Source: Auanema rhodensis (taxonomy: Eukaryota; Animalia; Nematoda). Taken from it: a stretch of DNA of 64,000 bases. A program made the translations under genes and the position numbers. Below are positions 12,231 through 28,000 of the stretch, one piece after another (position 1 is the first letter of the stretch; the number at the start of each line of letters is the position of its first letter). The stretch lies in the NCBI GenBank assembly GCA_964057225.1, contig OZ059896.1, forward strand, positions 18,662,001 to 18,726,000, in the 5' to 3' direction. The notes beneath the pieces were generated by a model. The model was not told the DNA's origin and did no database searches. It saw only the letters and a list, made by a program, of their open reading frames with translations.

Positions 12231-15200
12231 TTATTTTTTGTTTCAAAACAATCATTACCTGATAGTTTTTATGTTTTATTCTATATTATCTCATACAATT
12301 GAAAAAAATACTAGCAGTAAAACAAATGCAGTGATAATATTCTCGAAAATGTTCCTATTCAGAGTGAGAAAGTATCAAAAATTTCCCAAAGGTTTTCTCA
12401 TAAGGTACTAAAATAAAAGTATTATTTCATATTATTATTTTTTCAGACCTAGAATCGATAAAAAAAAATCAACTACATTTTAGTGAGTTACTGGGTTGGG
12501 TTATACAAATTGTCTAATTAGAATGCGATTTACATGGCCTTGTGGCCTAATGGATAAGGCGTCGGACTTCGGATCCGAAGATTGTAGGTTCGAGTCCTGC
12601 CAGGGTCGTTATTTTTTGTTTCAAAACAATCATTACCTGATAGTTTACATGTTTTATTCTATATTATCTCATACAATTGAAAAAAATAATAGCAGTAAAA
12701 CAAATGCAGTGTTAATATTCTTGAGAATGTTCCTATTCAGAGTGAGAAAATATCTAAAATTTCTCAAAGGTTTTCTCATAAGGTACTAAAATAAAAGTAT
12801 TATTTCATATTATTATTTTTTCAGACCTAGAATCGATAAAAAAAAATCAACTACATTTTAGTGAGTTACTGGGTTGGGTTATACAAATTGTCTAATTTGA
12901 ATGCGATTTAAATGGCCTTGTGGCCTAATGGATAAGGCGTCGGACTTCGGATCCGAAGATTGTAGGTTCGAGTCCTGCCAGGGTCGTTATTTTTTGTTTC
13001 AAAACAATCATTACCTGATAGTTTACATGTTTTATTCTATATTATCTCATACAATTGAAAAAAATACTAGCAGTAAAACAAATGCAGTGATAATATTCTC
13101 GAAAATGTTCCTATTCAGAGTGAGAAAGTATCAAAAATTTCCCAAAGGTTTTCTCATAAGGTACTAAAATAAAAGTATTATTTCATATTATTATTTTTTC
13201 AGACCTAGAATCGATAAAAAAAAATCAACTACATTTTAGTGAGTTACTGGGTTGGGTTATACAAATTGTCTAATTAGAATGCGATTTACATGGCCTTGTG
13301 GCCTAATGGATAAGGCGTCGGACTTCGGATCCGAAGATTGTAGGTTCGAGTCCTGCCAGGGTCGTTATTTTTTGTTTTAAAAAAACCTTACTCGATAGTT
13401 TACATGTTTTATGCTGTATTATCTCATACAATTGAAAAAAATAATAGCAGTAAAACAAATGCAGTGTTAATATTCTTGAGAATGTTCCTATTCAGAGTGA
13501 GAAAATATCTAAAATTTCTCAAAGGTTTTCTCATAAGGTACTAAAATAAAAGTATTATTTCATATTATTATTTTTTCAGACCTAGAATCGATAAAAAAAA
13601 TCAACTACATTTTATTGAGTTACTGGGTTGGGTTATACAAATTGTCTAATTAGAATTCGATTTAAATGGCCTTGTGGCCTAATGGATAAGGCGTCGGACT
13701 TCGGATCCGAAGATTGTAGGTTCGAGTCCTGCCAGGGTCGTTATTTTTTGTTTCAAAACAATCATTACCTGATAGTTTACATGTTTTATTCTATATTATC
13801 TCATACAATTGAAAAAAATAATAGCAGTAAAACAAATGCAGTGTTAATATTCTTGAGAATGTTCCTATTCAGAGTGAGAAAATATCTAAAATTTCTCAAA
13901 GGTTTTCTCATAAGGTACTAAAATAAAAGTATTATTTCATATTATTATTTTTTCAGACCTAGAATCGATAAAAAAAATCAACTACATTTTATTGAGTTAC
14001 TGGGTTGGGTTATACAAATTGTCTAATTAGAATTCGATTTAAATGGCCTTGTGGCCTAATGGATAAGGCGTCGGACTTCGGATCCGAAGATTGTAGGTTC
14101 GAGTCCTGCCAGGGTCGTTATTTTTTGTTTCAAAACAATCATTACCTGATAGTTTACATGTTTTATTCTATATTATCTCAAACAATTGAGAAAAATACTA
14201 GCAGTAAAACAAATGCAGTGATAATATTCTCGAAAATGTTCCTGTTCAGAGTGAGAAAGTATCAAAAATTTCCCGAAGGTTTTCTCATAAGGTACTAAAA
14301 TAAAAATGTTATTTCATATTATTATTTTTTCAGACCTAGAATCGATAAAAAATATCAACTACATTTTAGTGAGTTACTGGGTTGGGTTATACAAATTGTC
14401 TAATTTGAATGCGATTTAAATGGCCTTGTGGCCTAATGGATAAGGCGTCGGACTTCGGATCCGAAGATTGTAGGTTCGAGTCCTGCCAGGGTCGTTATTT
14501 TTTGTTTCAAAACAATCATTACCTGATAGTTTACATGTTTTATTCTATATTATCTCATACAATTGAAAAAAATACTAGCAGTAAAACAAATGCAGTGATA
14601 ATATTCTCGAAAATGTTCCTATTCAGAGTGAGAAAGTATCAAAAATTTCCCAAAGGTTTTCTCATAAGGTACTAAAATAAAAGTATTATTTCATATTATT
14701 ATTTTTTCAGACCTAGAATCGATAAAAAAAAATCAACTACATTTTAGTGAGTTACTGGGTTGGGTTATACAAATTGTCTAATTAGAATGCGATTTACATG
14801 GCCTTGTGGCCTAATGGATAAGGCGTCGGACTTCGGATCCGAAGATTGTAGGTTCGAGTCCTGCCAGGGTCGTTATTTTTTGTTTTAAAAAAACCTTACT
14901 CGATAGTTTACATGTTTTATGCTGTATTATCTCATACAATTGAAAAAAATAATAGCAGTAAAACAAATGCAGTGTTAATATTCTTGAGAATGTTCCTATT
15001 CAGAGTGAGAAAATATCTAAAATTTCTCAAAGGTTTTCTCATAAGGTACTAAAATAAAAGTATTATTTCATATTATTATTTTTTCAGACCTAGAATCGAT
15101 AAAAAAAATCAACTACATTTTATTGAGTTACTGGGTTGGGTTATACAAATTGTCTAATTAGAATTCGATTTAAATGGCCTTGTGGCCTAATGGATAAGGC

Positions 15201-18200
15201 GTCGGACTTCGGATCCGAAGATTGTAGGTTCGAGTCCTGCCAGGGTCGTTATTTTTTGTTTCAAAACAATCATTACCTGATAGTTTACATGTTTTATTCT
15301 ATATTATCTCAAACAATTGAGAAAAATACTAGCAGTAAAACAAATGCAGTGATAATATTCTCGAAAATGTTCCTATTCAGAGTGAGAAAGTATCAAAAAT
15401 TTCCCGAAGGTTTTCTCATAAGGTACTAAAATAAAAATGTTATTTCATATTATTATTTTTTCAGACCTAGAATCGATAAAAAATATCAACTACATTTTAG
15501 TGAGTTACTGGGTTGGGTTATACAAATTGTCTAATTTGAATGCGATTTAAATGGCCTTGTGGCCTAATGGATAAGGCGTCGGACTTCGGATCCGAAGATT
15601 GTAGGTTCGAGTCCTGCCAGGGTCGTTATTTTTTGTTTTAAAAAAACCTTACTCGATAGTTTACATGTTTTATGCTGTATTATCTCATACAATTGAAAAA
15701 AATAATAGCAGTAAAACAAATGCAGTGTTAATATTCTTGAGAATGTTCCTATTCAGAGTGAGAAAATATCTAAAATTTCTCAAAGGTTTTCTCATAAGGT
15801 ACTAAAATAAAAGTATTATTTCATATTATTATTTTTTCAGACCTAGAATCGATAAAAAAAATCAACTACATTTTATTGAGTTACTGGGTTGGGTTATACA
15901 AATTGTCTAATTAGAATTCGATTTAAATGGCCTTGTGGCCTAATGGATAAGGCGTCGGACTTCGGATCCGAAGATTGTAGGTTCGAGTCCTGCCAGGGTC
16001 GTTATTTTTTGTTTCAAAACAATCATTACCTGATAGTTTACATGTTTTATTCTATATTATCTCAAACAATTGAGAAAAATACTAGCAGTAAAACAAATGC
16101 AGTGATAATATTCTCGAAAATGTTCCTATTCAGAGTGAGAAAGTATCAAAAATTTCCCGAAGGTTTTCTCATAAGGTACTAAAATAAAAATGTTATTTCA
16201 TATTATTATTTTTTCAGACCTAGAATCGATAAAAAATATCAACTACATTTTAGTGAGTTACTGGGTTGGGTTATACAAATTGTCTAATTTGAATGCGATT
16301 TAAATGGCCTTGTGGCCTAATGGATAAGGCGTCGGACTTCGGATCCGAAGATTGTAGGTTCGAGTCCTGCCAGGGTCGTTATTTTTTGTTTCAAAACAAT
16401 CATTACCTGATAGTTTACATGTTTTATTCTATATTATCTCATACAATTGAAAAAAATACTAGCAGTAAAACAAATGCAGTGATAATATTCTCGAAAATGT
16501 TCCTATTCAGAGTGAGAAAGTATCAAAAATTTCCCAAAGGTTTTCTCATAAGGTACTGAAATAAAAGTATTATTTCATATTATTATTTTTTCAGACCTAG
16601 AATCGATAAAAAAAAATCAACTACATTTTAGTGAGTTACTGGGTTGGGTTATACAAATTGTCTAATTAGAATGCGATTTACATGGCCTTGTGGCCTAATG
16701 GATAAGCCGTCGGACTTCGGATCCGAAGATTGTAGGTTCGAGTCCTGCCAGGGTCGTTATTTTTTGTTTTAAAAAAACCTTACTCGATAGTTTACATGTT
16801 TTATGCTGTATTATCTCATACAATTGAAAAAAATACTAGCAATAAAACAAATGCAGTGATAATATTCTCGAAAATGTTCCTATTCAGAGTGAGAAAATAT
16901 CTACAATTTCCCGAAGGTTTTCTCATAAGGTACTAGAATAAAAGTATTATTTCATATTATTATTTTTTCAGACCTAGAATCGATAAAAAAAAATCAACTA
17001 CATTTTAGTGAGTTACTGGGTTGGGTTATATAATTTGTCTAATTTGAATGCGATTTAAATGGCCTTGTGGCCTAATGGATAAGGCGTCGGACTTCGGATC
17101 CGAAGATTGTAGGTTCGAGTCCTGCCAGGGTCGTTATTTTTTGTTTCAAAACAATCATTACCTGATAGTTTACATGTTTTATTCTATATTATCTCATACA
17201 ATTGAAAAAAATACTAGCAGTAAAACAAATGCAGTGATAATATTCTCGAAAATGTTCCTATTCAGAGTGAGAAAGTATCAAAAATTTCCCAAAGGTTTTC
17301 TCATAAGGTACTAAAATAAAAGTATTATTTCATATTATTATTTTTTCAGACCTAGAATCGATAAAAAAAAATCAACTACATTTTAGTGAGTTACTGGGTT
17401 GGGTTATACAAATTGTCTAATTAGAATGCGATTTACATGGCCTTGTGGCCTAATGGATAAGGCGTCGGACTTCGGATCCGAAGATTGTAGGTTCGAGTCC
17501 TGCCAGGGTCGTTATTTTTTGTTTTAAAAAAATCATTACTCGATAGTTTACATGTTTTATGCTGTATTATCTCATACAATTGAAAAAAATACTAGCAATA
17601 AAACAAATGCAGTGATAATATTCTCGAAAATGTTCCTATTCAGAGTGAGAAAATATCTACAATTTCCCGAAGGTTTTCTCATAAGGTACTAAAATAAAAG
17701 TATTATTTCATATTATTATTTTTTCAGACCTAGAATCGATAAAAAAAAATCAACTACATTTTAGTGAGTTACTGGGTTGGGTTATATAAATTGTCTAATT
17801 TGAATGCGATTTAAATGGCCTTGTGGCCTAATGGATAAGGCGTCGGACTTCGGATCCGAAGATTGTAGGTTCGAGTCCTGCCAGGGTCGTTATTTTTTGT
17901 TTCAAAACAATCATTACCTGATAGTTTTTATGTTTTATTCTATATTATCTCATACAATTGAAAAAAATACTAGCAGTAAAACAAATGCAGTGATAATATT
18001 CTCGAAAATGTTCCTATTCAGAGTGAGAAAGTATCAAAAATTTCCCAAAGGTTTTCTCATAAGGTACTAAAATAAAAGTATTATTTCATATTATTATTTT
18101 TTCAGACCTAGAATCGATAAAAAAAAATCAACTACATTTTAGTGAGTTACTGGGTTGGGTTATACAAATTGTCTAATTAGAATGCGATTTACATGGCCTT

Positions 18201-21200
18201 GTGGCCTAATGGATAAGGCGTCGGACTTCGGATCCGAAGATTGTAGGTTCGAGTCCTGCCAGGGTCGTTATTTTTTGTTTCAAAACAATCATTACTCGAT
18301 AGTTTACATGTTTTATGCTGTATTATCTCATACAATTGAAAAAAATACTAGCAATAAAACAAATGCAGTGATAATATTCTCGAAAATGTTCCTATTCAGA
18401 GTGAGAAAATATCTACAATTTCCCGAAGGTTTTCTCATAAGGTACTAAAATAAAAGTATTATTTCATATTATTATTTTTTCAGACCTTGAATCGATAAAA
18501 AAAAATCAACTACATTTTAGTGAGTTACTGGATTGGGTTATATAAATTGTCTAATTTGAATGCGATTTAAATGGCCTTGTGGCCTAATGGATAAGGCGTC
18601 GGACTTCGGATCCGAAGATTGTAGGTTCGAGTCCTGCCAGGGTCGTTATTTTTTGTTTCAAAACAATCATTACCTGATAGTTTTTATGTTTTATTCTATA
18701 TTATCTCATACAATTGAAAAAAATACTAGCAGTAAAACAAATGCAGTGATAATATTCTCGAAAATGTTCCTATTCAGAGTGAGAAAGTATCAAAAATTTC
18801 CCAAAGGTTTTCTCATAAGGTACTAAAATAAAAGTATTATTTCATATTATTATTTTTTCAGACCTAGAATCGATAAAAAAAAATCAACTACATTTTAGTG
18901 AGTTACTGGGTTGGGTTATACAAATTGTCTAATTAGAATGCGATTTACATGGCCTTGTGGCCTAATGGATAAGGCGTCGGACTTCGGATCCGAAGATTGT
19001 AGGTTCGAGTCCTGCCAGGGTCGTTATTTTTTGTTTCAAAACAATCATTACCTGATAGTTTACATGTTTTATTCTATATTATCTCATACAATTGAAAAAA
19101 ATAATAGCAGTAAAACAAATGCAGTGTTAATATTCTTGAGAATGTTCCTATTCAGAGTGAGAAAATATCTAAAATTTCTCAAAGGTTTTCTCATAAGGTA
19201 CTAAAATAAAAGTATTATTTCATATTATTATTTTTTCAGACCTAGAATCGATAAAAAAAATCAACTACATTTTATTGAGTTACTGGGTTGGGTTATACAA
19301 ATTGTCTAATTAGAATGCGATTTAAATGGCCTTGTGGCCTAATGGATAAGGCGTCGGACTTCGGATCCGAAGATTGTAGGTTCGAGTCCTGCCAGGGTCG
19401 TTATTTTTTGTTTCAAAACAATCATTACCTGATAGTTTACATGTTTTATTCTATATTATCTCATACAATTGAAAAAAATACTAGCAGTAAAACAAATGCA
19501 GTGATAATATTCTCGAAAATGTTCCTATTCAGAGTGAGAAAGTATCAAAAATTTCCCAAAGGTTTTCTCATAAGGTACTAAAATAAAAGTATTATTTCAT
19601 ATTATTATTTTTTCAGACCTAGAATCGATAAAAAAAAATCAACTACATTTTAGTGAGTTACTGGGTTGGGTTATACAAATTGTCTAATTAGAATGCGATT
19701 TACATGGCCTTGTGGCCTAATGGATAAGGCGTCGGACTTCGGATCCGAAGATTGTAGGTTCGAGTCCTGCCAGGGTCGTTATTTTTTGTTTTAAAAAAAC
19801 CTTACTCGATAGTTTACATGTTTTATGCTGTATTATCTCATACAATTGAAAAAAATAATAGCAGTAAAACAAATGCAGTGTTAATATTCTTGAGAATGTT
19901 CCTATTCAGAGTGAGAAAATATCTAAAATTTCTCAAAGGTTTTCTCATAAGGTACTAAAATAAAAGTATTATTTCATATTATTATTTTTTCAGACCTAGA
20001 ATCGATAAAAAAAATCAACTACATTTTATTGAGTTACTGGGTTGGGTTATACAAATTGTCTAATTAGAATTCGATTTAAATGGCCTTGTGGCCTAATGGA
20101 TAAGGCGTCGGACTTCGGATCCGAAGATTGTAGGTTCGAGTCCTGCCAGGGTCGTTATTTTTTGTTTCAAAACAATCATTACCTGATAGTTTACATGTTT
20201 TATTCTATATTATCTCAAACAATTGAGAAAAATACTAGCAGTAAAACAAATGCAGTGATAATATTCTCGAAAATGTTCCTATTCAGAGTGAGAAAGTATC
20301 AAAAATTTCCCGAAGGTTTTCTCATAAGGTACTAAAATAAAAATGTTATTTCATATTATTATTTTTTCAGACCTAGAATCGATAAAAAATATCAACTACA
20401 TTTTAGTGAGTTACTGGGTTGGGTTATACAAATTGTCTAATTTGAATGCGATTTAAATGGCCTTGTGGCCTAATGGATAAGGCGTCGGACTTCGGATCCG
20501 AAGATTGTAGGTTCGAGTCCTGCCAGGGTCGTTATTTTTTGTTTTAAAAAAACCTTACTCGATAGTTTACATGTTTTATGCTGTATTATCTCATACAATT
20601 GAAAAAAATAATAGCAGTAAAACAAATGCAGTGTTAATATTCTTGAGAATGTTCCTATTCAGAGTGAGAAAATATCTAAAATTTCTCAAAGGTTTTCTCA
20701 TAAGGTACTAAAATAAAAGTATTATTTCATATTATTATTTTTTCAGACCTAGAATCGATAAAAAAAATCAACTACATTTTATTGAGTTACTGGGTTGGGT
20801 TATACAAATTGTCTAATTAGAATTCGATTTAAATGGCCTTGTGGCCTAATGGATAAGGCGTCGGACTTCGGATCCGAAGATTGTAGGTTCGAGTCCTGCC
20901 AGGGTCGTTATTTTTTGTTTCAAAACAATCATTACCTGATAGTTTACATGTTTTATTCTATATTATCTCAAACAATTGAGAAAAATACTAGCAGTAAAAC
21001 AAATGCAGTGATAATATTCTCGAAAATGTTCCTATTCAGAGTGAGAAAGTATCAAAAATTTCCCGAAGGTTTTCTCATAAGGTACTAAAATAAAAATGTT
21101 ATTTCATATTATTATTTTTTCAGACCTAGAATCGATAAAAAATATCAACTACATTTTAGTGAGTTACTGGGTTGGGTTATACAAATTGTCTAATTTGAAT

Positions 21201-24200
21201 GCGATTTAAATGGCCTTGTGGCCTAATGGATAAGGCGTCGGACTTCGGATCCGAAGATTGTAGGTTCGAGTCCTGCCAGGGTCGTTATTTTTTGTTTCAA
21301 AACAATCATTACCTGATAGTTTACATGTTTTATTCTATATTATCTCATACAATTGAAAAAAATACTAGCAGTAAAACAAATGCAGTGATAATATTCTCGA
21401 AAATGTTCCTATTCAGAGTGAGAAAGTATCAAAAATTTCCCAAAGGTTTTCTCATAAGGTACTGAAATAAAAGTATTATTTCATATTATTATTTTTTCAG
21501 ACCTAGAATCGATAAAAAAAAATCAACTACATTTTAGTGAGTTACTGGGTTGGGTTATACAAATTGTCTAATTAGAATGCGATTTACATGGCCTTGTGGC
21601 CTAATGGATAAGCCGTCGGACTTCGGATCCGAAGATTGTAGGTTCGAGTCCTGCCAGGGTCGTTATTTTTTGTTTTAAAAAAACCTTACTCGATAGTTTA
21701 CATGTTTTATGCTGTATTATCTCATACAATTGAAAAAAATACTAGCAATAAAACAAATGCAGTGATAATATTCTCGAAAATGTTCCTATTCAGAGTGAGA
21801 AAATATCTACAATTTCCCGAAGGTTTTCTCATAAGGTACTAGAATAAAAGTATTATTTCATATTATTATTTTTTCAGACCTAGAATCGATAAAAAAAAAT
21901 CAACTACATTTTAGTGAGTTACTGGGTTGGGTTATATAATTTGTCTAATTTGAATGCGATTTAAATGGCCTTGTGGCCTAATGGATAAGGCGTCGGACTT
22001 CGGATCCGAAGATTGTAGGTTCGAGTCCTGCCAGGGTCGTTATTTTTTGTTTCAAAACAATCATTACCTGATAGTTTACATGTTTTATTCTATATTATCT
22101 CATACAATTGAAAAAAATACTAGCAGTAAAACAAATGCAGTGATAATATTCTCGAAAATGTTCCTATTCAGAGTGAGAAAGTATCAAAAATTTCCCAAAG
22201 GTTTTCTCATAAGGTACTAAAATAAAAGTATTATTTCATATTATTATTTTTTCAGACCTAGAATCGATAAAAAAAAATCAACTACATTTTAGTGAGTTAC
22301 TGGGTTGGGTTATACAAATTGTCTAATTAGAATGCGATTTACATGGCCTTGTGGCCTAATGGATAAGGCGTCGGACTTCGGATCCGAAGATTGTAGGTTC
22401 GAGTCCTGCCAGGGTCGTTATTTTTTGTTTTAAAAAAATCATTACTCGATAGTTTACATGTTTTATGCTGTATTATCTCATACAATTGAAAAAAATACTA
22501 GCAATAAAACAAATGCAGTGATAATATTCTCGAAAATGTTCCTATTCAGAGTGAGAAAATATCTACAATTTCCCGAAGGTTTTCTCATAAGGTACTAAAA
22601 TAAAAGTATTATTTCATATTATTATTTTTTCAGACCTAGAATCGATAAAAAAAAATCAACTACATTTTAGTGAGTTACTGGGTTGGGTTATATAAATTGT
22701 CTAATTTGAATGCGATTTAAATGGCCTTGTGGCCTAATGGATAAGGCGTCGGACTTCGGATCCGAAGATTGTAGGTTCGAGTCCTGCCAGGGTCGTTATT
22801 TTTTGTTTCAAAACAATCATTACCTGATAGTTTTTATGTTTTATTCTATATTATCTCATACAATTGAAAAAAATACTAGCAGTAAAACAAATGCAGTGAT
22901 AATATTCTCGAAAATGTTCCTATTCAGAGTGAGAAAGTATCAAAAATTTCCCAAAGGTTTTCTCATAAGGTACTAAAATAAAAGTATTATTTCATATTAT
23001 TATTTTTTCAGACCTAGAATCGATAAAAAAAAATCAACTACATTTTAGTGAGTTACTGGGTTGGGTTATACAAATTGTCTAATTAGAATGCGATTTACAT
23101 GGCCTTGTGGCCTAATGGATAAGGCGTCGGACTTCGGATCCGAAGATTGTAGGTTCGAGTCCTGCCAGGGTCGTTATTTTTTGTTTCAAAACAATCATTA
23201 CTCGATAGTTTACATGTTTTATGCTGTATTATCTCATACAATTGAAAAAAATACTAGCAATAAAACAAATGCAGTGATAATATTCTCGAAAATGTTCCTA
23301 TTCAGAGTGAGAAAATATCTACAATTTCCCGAAGGTTTTCTCATAAGGTACTAAAATAAAAGTATTATTTCATATTATTATTTTTTCAGACCTTGAATCG
23401 ATAAAAAAAAATCAACTACATTTTAGTGAGTTACTGGATTGGGTTATATAAATTGTCTAATTTGAATGCGATTTAAATGGCCTTGTGGCCTAATGGATAA
23501 GGCGTCGGACTTCGGATCCGAAGATTGTAGGTTCGAGTCCTGCCAGGGTCGTTATTTTTTGTTTCAAAACAATCATTACCTGATAGTTTTTATGTTTTAT
23601 TCTATATTATCTCATACAATTGAAAAAAATACTAGCAGTAAAACAAATGCAGTGATAATATTCTCGAAAATGTTCCTATTCAGAGTGAGAAAGTATCAAA
23701 AATTTCCCAAAGGTTTTCTCATAAGGTACTAAAATAAAAGTATTATTTCATATTATTATTTTTTCAGACCTAGAATCGATAAAAAAAAATCAACTACATT
23801 TTAGTGAGTTACTGGGTTGGGTTATACAAATTGTCTAATTAGAATGCGATTTACATGGCCTTGTGGCCTAATGGATAAGGCGTCGGACTTCGGATCCGAA
23901 GATTGTAGGTTCGAGTCCTGCCAGGGTCGTTATTTTTTGTTTCAAAACAATCATTACCTGATAGTTTACATGTTTTATTCTATATTATCTCATACAATTG
24001 AAAAAAATAATAGCAGTAAAACAAATGCAGTGTTAATATTCTTGAGAATGTTCCTATTCAGAGTGAGAAAATATCTAAAATTTCTCAAAGGTTTTCTCAT
24101 AAGGTACTAAAATAAAAGTATTATTTCATATTATTATTTTTTCAGACCTAGAATCGATAAAAAAAATCAACTACATTTTATTGAGTTACTGGGTTGGGTT

Positions 24201-24988
24201 ATACAAATTGTCTAATTAGAATGCGATTTAAATGGCCTTGTGGCCTAATGGATAAGGCGTCGGACTTCGGATCCGAAGATTGTAGGTTCGAGTCCTGCCA
24301 GGGTCGTTATTTTTTGTTTCAAAACAATCATTACCTGATAGTTTACATGTTTTATTCTATATTATCTCAAACAATTGAGAAAAATACTAGCAGTAAAACA
24401 AATGCAGTGATAATATTCTCGAAAATGTTCCTATTCAGAGTGAGAAAGTATCAAAAATTTCCCGAAGGTTTTCTCATAAGGTACTAAAATAAAAATGTTA
24501 TTTCATATTATTATTTTTTCAGACCTAGAATCGATAAAAAATATCAACTACATTTTAGTGAGTTACTGGGTTGGGTTATACAAATTGTCTAATTAGAATG
24601 CGATTTACATGGCCTTGTGGCCTAATGGATAAGGCGTCGGACTTCGGATCCGAAGATTGTAGGTTCGAGTCCTGCCAGGGTCGTTATTTTTTGTTTCAAA
24701 ACAATCATTACCTGATAGTTTACATGTTTTATTCTATATTATCTCATACAATTGAGAAAAATACTAGCAGTAAAACAAATGCAGTGATAATATTCTCGAA
24801 AATGTTCCTATTCAGAGTGAGAAAGTATCAAAAATTTCTCAAAGGTTTTCTCATAAGGTACTAAAATAAAAATGTTATTTCATATTATTATTTTTTCAGA
24901 CCTAGAATCGATAAAAAAAAATCAACTACATTTTAGTGAGTTACTGGGTTGGGTTATACAAATTGTCTAATTAGAATGCGATTTACAT

Positions 24989-25061
24989 GGCCTTGTGGCC
25001 TAATGGATAAGGCGTCGGACTTTGGATCCAAAGATTGTAGATTCGAGTCCTGCCAGGGTCG
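24989..25061 (+). pseudogene. Degenerate tRNA copy: TTG anticodon, anticodon-stem mismatch, G53A
   Basis: CTTTGGA-TCCAA and GTAGA-TTCGAGT. Confidence 0.7.
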
Positions 25062-28000
25062 TTATTTTTTGTTTCAAAACAATCATTACCTGATAGTTTA
25101 CATGTTTTATTCTATATTATCTCATACAATCGAAAAAAATACTAGCAGTAAAACAAATGCAGTGTTAATATTCTTGAGAATGTTCCTATTCAGAGTGAGA
25201 AAATATCTAAAATTTCAAGAAGGTTTTCTCATAAGATACTAAAATAAAAGTATTATTTCATAATATCATTTTCTCAGACCTAGAATCGATGAAAAAAATC
25301 AACTGCATTTTAGTGAGTTACTGGGTTGGGTTATACAAATTGTCTAATTTGAATGCGATTTACATGGCCTTGTGGCCTAATGGATAAGGCGTCGGACTTC
25401 GGATCCGAAGATTGTAGGTTCGAGTCCTGCCAGGGTCGTTATTTTTTGTTTCAAAAAAATCATTACCTGATAGTTTACATGTGTTATTCTGTATTATCTC
25501 AAACAATTGAAAAAAATACTAGCAGTAAAACAAATGTAGTGTTAATATTCTCGAGAATGTTCCTATTCAGAGTGAGAAAATATCTAAAATTTCAAGAAGG
25601 TTTTCTCATAAGGTACTAAAATAAAAGTATTATTTCATATTATTATTTTTTCAGACCTAGAATCGATAAAAAAAATCAACTACATTTTATTGAGTTACTG
25701 GGTTGGGTTACACAAATTGTCTAATTAGAATGCGATTTAAATGGCCTTGTGGCCTAATGGATAAGGCGTCGGACTTCGGATCCGAAGATTGTAGGTTCGA
25801 GTCCTGCCAGGGTCGTTATTTTTTGTTTTAAAAAAATCATTACCTGATAGTTTACATGTTTTATGCTGTATTATCTCATACAATTGAAAAAAATACTAGC
25901 AATAAAACAAATGCAGTGATAATATTCTCGAAAATGTTCCTATTCAGAGTGAGAAAATATCTACAATTTCCCGAAGGTTTTCTCATAAGGTACTAAAATA
26001 AAAGTATTATTTCATATTATTATTTTTTCAGACCTAGAATCGATAAAAAAAATCAACTACATTTTATTGAGTTACTGGGTTGGGTTACACAAATTGTCTA
26101 ATTAGAATGCGATTTAAATGGCCTTGTGGCCTAATGGATAAGGCGTCGGACTTCGGATCCGAAGATTGTAGGTTCGAGTCCTGCCAGGGTCGTTATTTTT
26201 TGTTTTAAAAAAATCATTACCTGATAGTTTACATGTTTTATGCTGTATTATCTCATACAATTGAAAAAAATACTAGCAATAAAACAAATGCAGTGATAAT
26301 ATTCTCGAAAATGTTCCTATTCAGAGTGAGAAAATATCTACAATTTCCCGAAGGTTTTCTCATAAGGTACTAAAATAAAAGTATTATTTCATATTATTAT
26401 TTTTTCAGACCTTGAATCGATAAAAAAAAATCAACTACATTTTAGTGAGTTACTGGATTGGGTTATATAAATTGTCTAATTTGAATGCGATTTAAATGGC
26501 CTTGTGGCCTAATGGATAAGGCGTCGGACTTCGGATCCGAAGATTGTAGGTTCGAGTCCTGCCAGGGTCGTTATTTTTTGTTTCAAAACAATCATTACCT
26601 GATAGTTTTTATGTTTTATTCTATATTATCTCATACAATTGAAAAAAATACTAGCAGTAAAACAAATGCAGTGATAATATTCTCGAAAATGTTCCTATTC
26701 AGAGTGAGAAAGTATCAAAAATTTCCCAAAGGTTTTCTCATAAGGTACTAAAATAAAAGTATTATTTCATATTATTATTTTTTCAGACCTAGAATCGATA
26801 AAAAAAAATCAACTACATTTTAGTGAGTTACTGGGTTGGGTTATACAAATTGTCTAATTAGAATGCGATTTACATGGCCTTGTGGCCTAATGGATAAGGC
26901 GTCGGACTTCGGATCCGAAGATTGTAGGTTCGAGTCCTGCCAGGGTCGTTATTTTTTGTTTCAAAACAATCATTACCTGATAGTTTACATGTTTTATTCT
27001 ATATTATCTCATACAATTGAAAAAAATAATAGCAGTAAAACAAATGCAGTGTTAATATTCTTGAGAATGTTCCTATTCAGAGTGAGAAAATATCTAAAAT
27101 TTCTCAAAGGTTTTCTCATAAGGTACTAAAATAAAAGTATTATTTCATATTATTATTTTTTCAGACCTAGAATCGATAAAAAAAATCAACTACATTTTAT
27201 TGAGTTACTGGGTTGGGTTATACAAATTGTCTAATTAGAATGCGATTTAAATGGCCTTGTGGCCTAATGGATAAGGCGTCGGACTTCGGATCCGAAGATT
27301 GTAGGTTCGAGTCCTGCCAGGGTCGTTATTTTTTGTTTCAAAACAATCATTACCTGATAGTTTACATGTTTTGTTCTATATTATCTCAAACAATTGAGAA
27401 AAATACTAGCAGTAAAACAAATGCAGTGATAATATTCTCGAAAATGTTCCTATTCAGAGTGAGAAAGTATCAAAAATTTCCCGAAGGTTTTCTCATAAGG
27501 TACTAAAATAAAAATGTTATTTCATATTATTATTTTTTCAGACCTAGAATCGATAAAAAATATCAACTACATTTTAGTGAGTTACTGGGTTGGGTTATAC
27601 AAATTGTCTAATTAGAATGCGATTTACATGGCCTTGTGGCCTAATGGATAAGGCGTCGGACTTCGGATCCGAAGATTGTAGGTTCGAGTCCTGCCAGGGT
27701 CGTTATTTTTTGTTTTAAAAAAATCATTACCTGATAGTTTACATGTTTTATGCTGTATTATCTCATACAATTGAAAAAAATACTAGCAATAAAACAAATG
27801 CAGTGATAATATTCTCGAAAATGTTCCTATTCAGAGTGAGAAAATATCTACAATTTCCCGAAGGTTTTCTCATAAGGTACTAAAATAAAAGTATTATTTC
27901 ATATTATTATTTTTTCAGACCTTGAATCGATAAAAAAAAATCAACTACATTTTAGTGAGTTACTGGATTGGGTTATATAAATTGTCTAATTTGAATGCGA

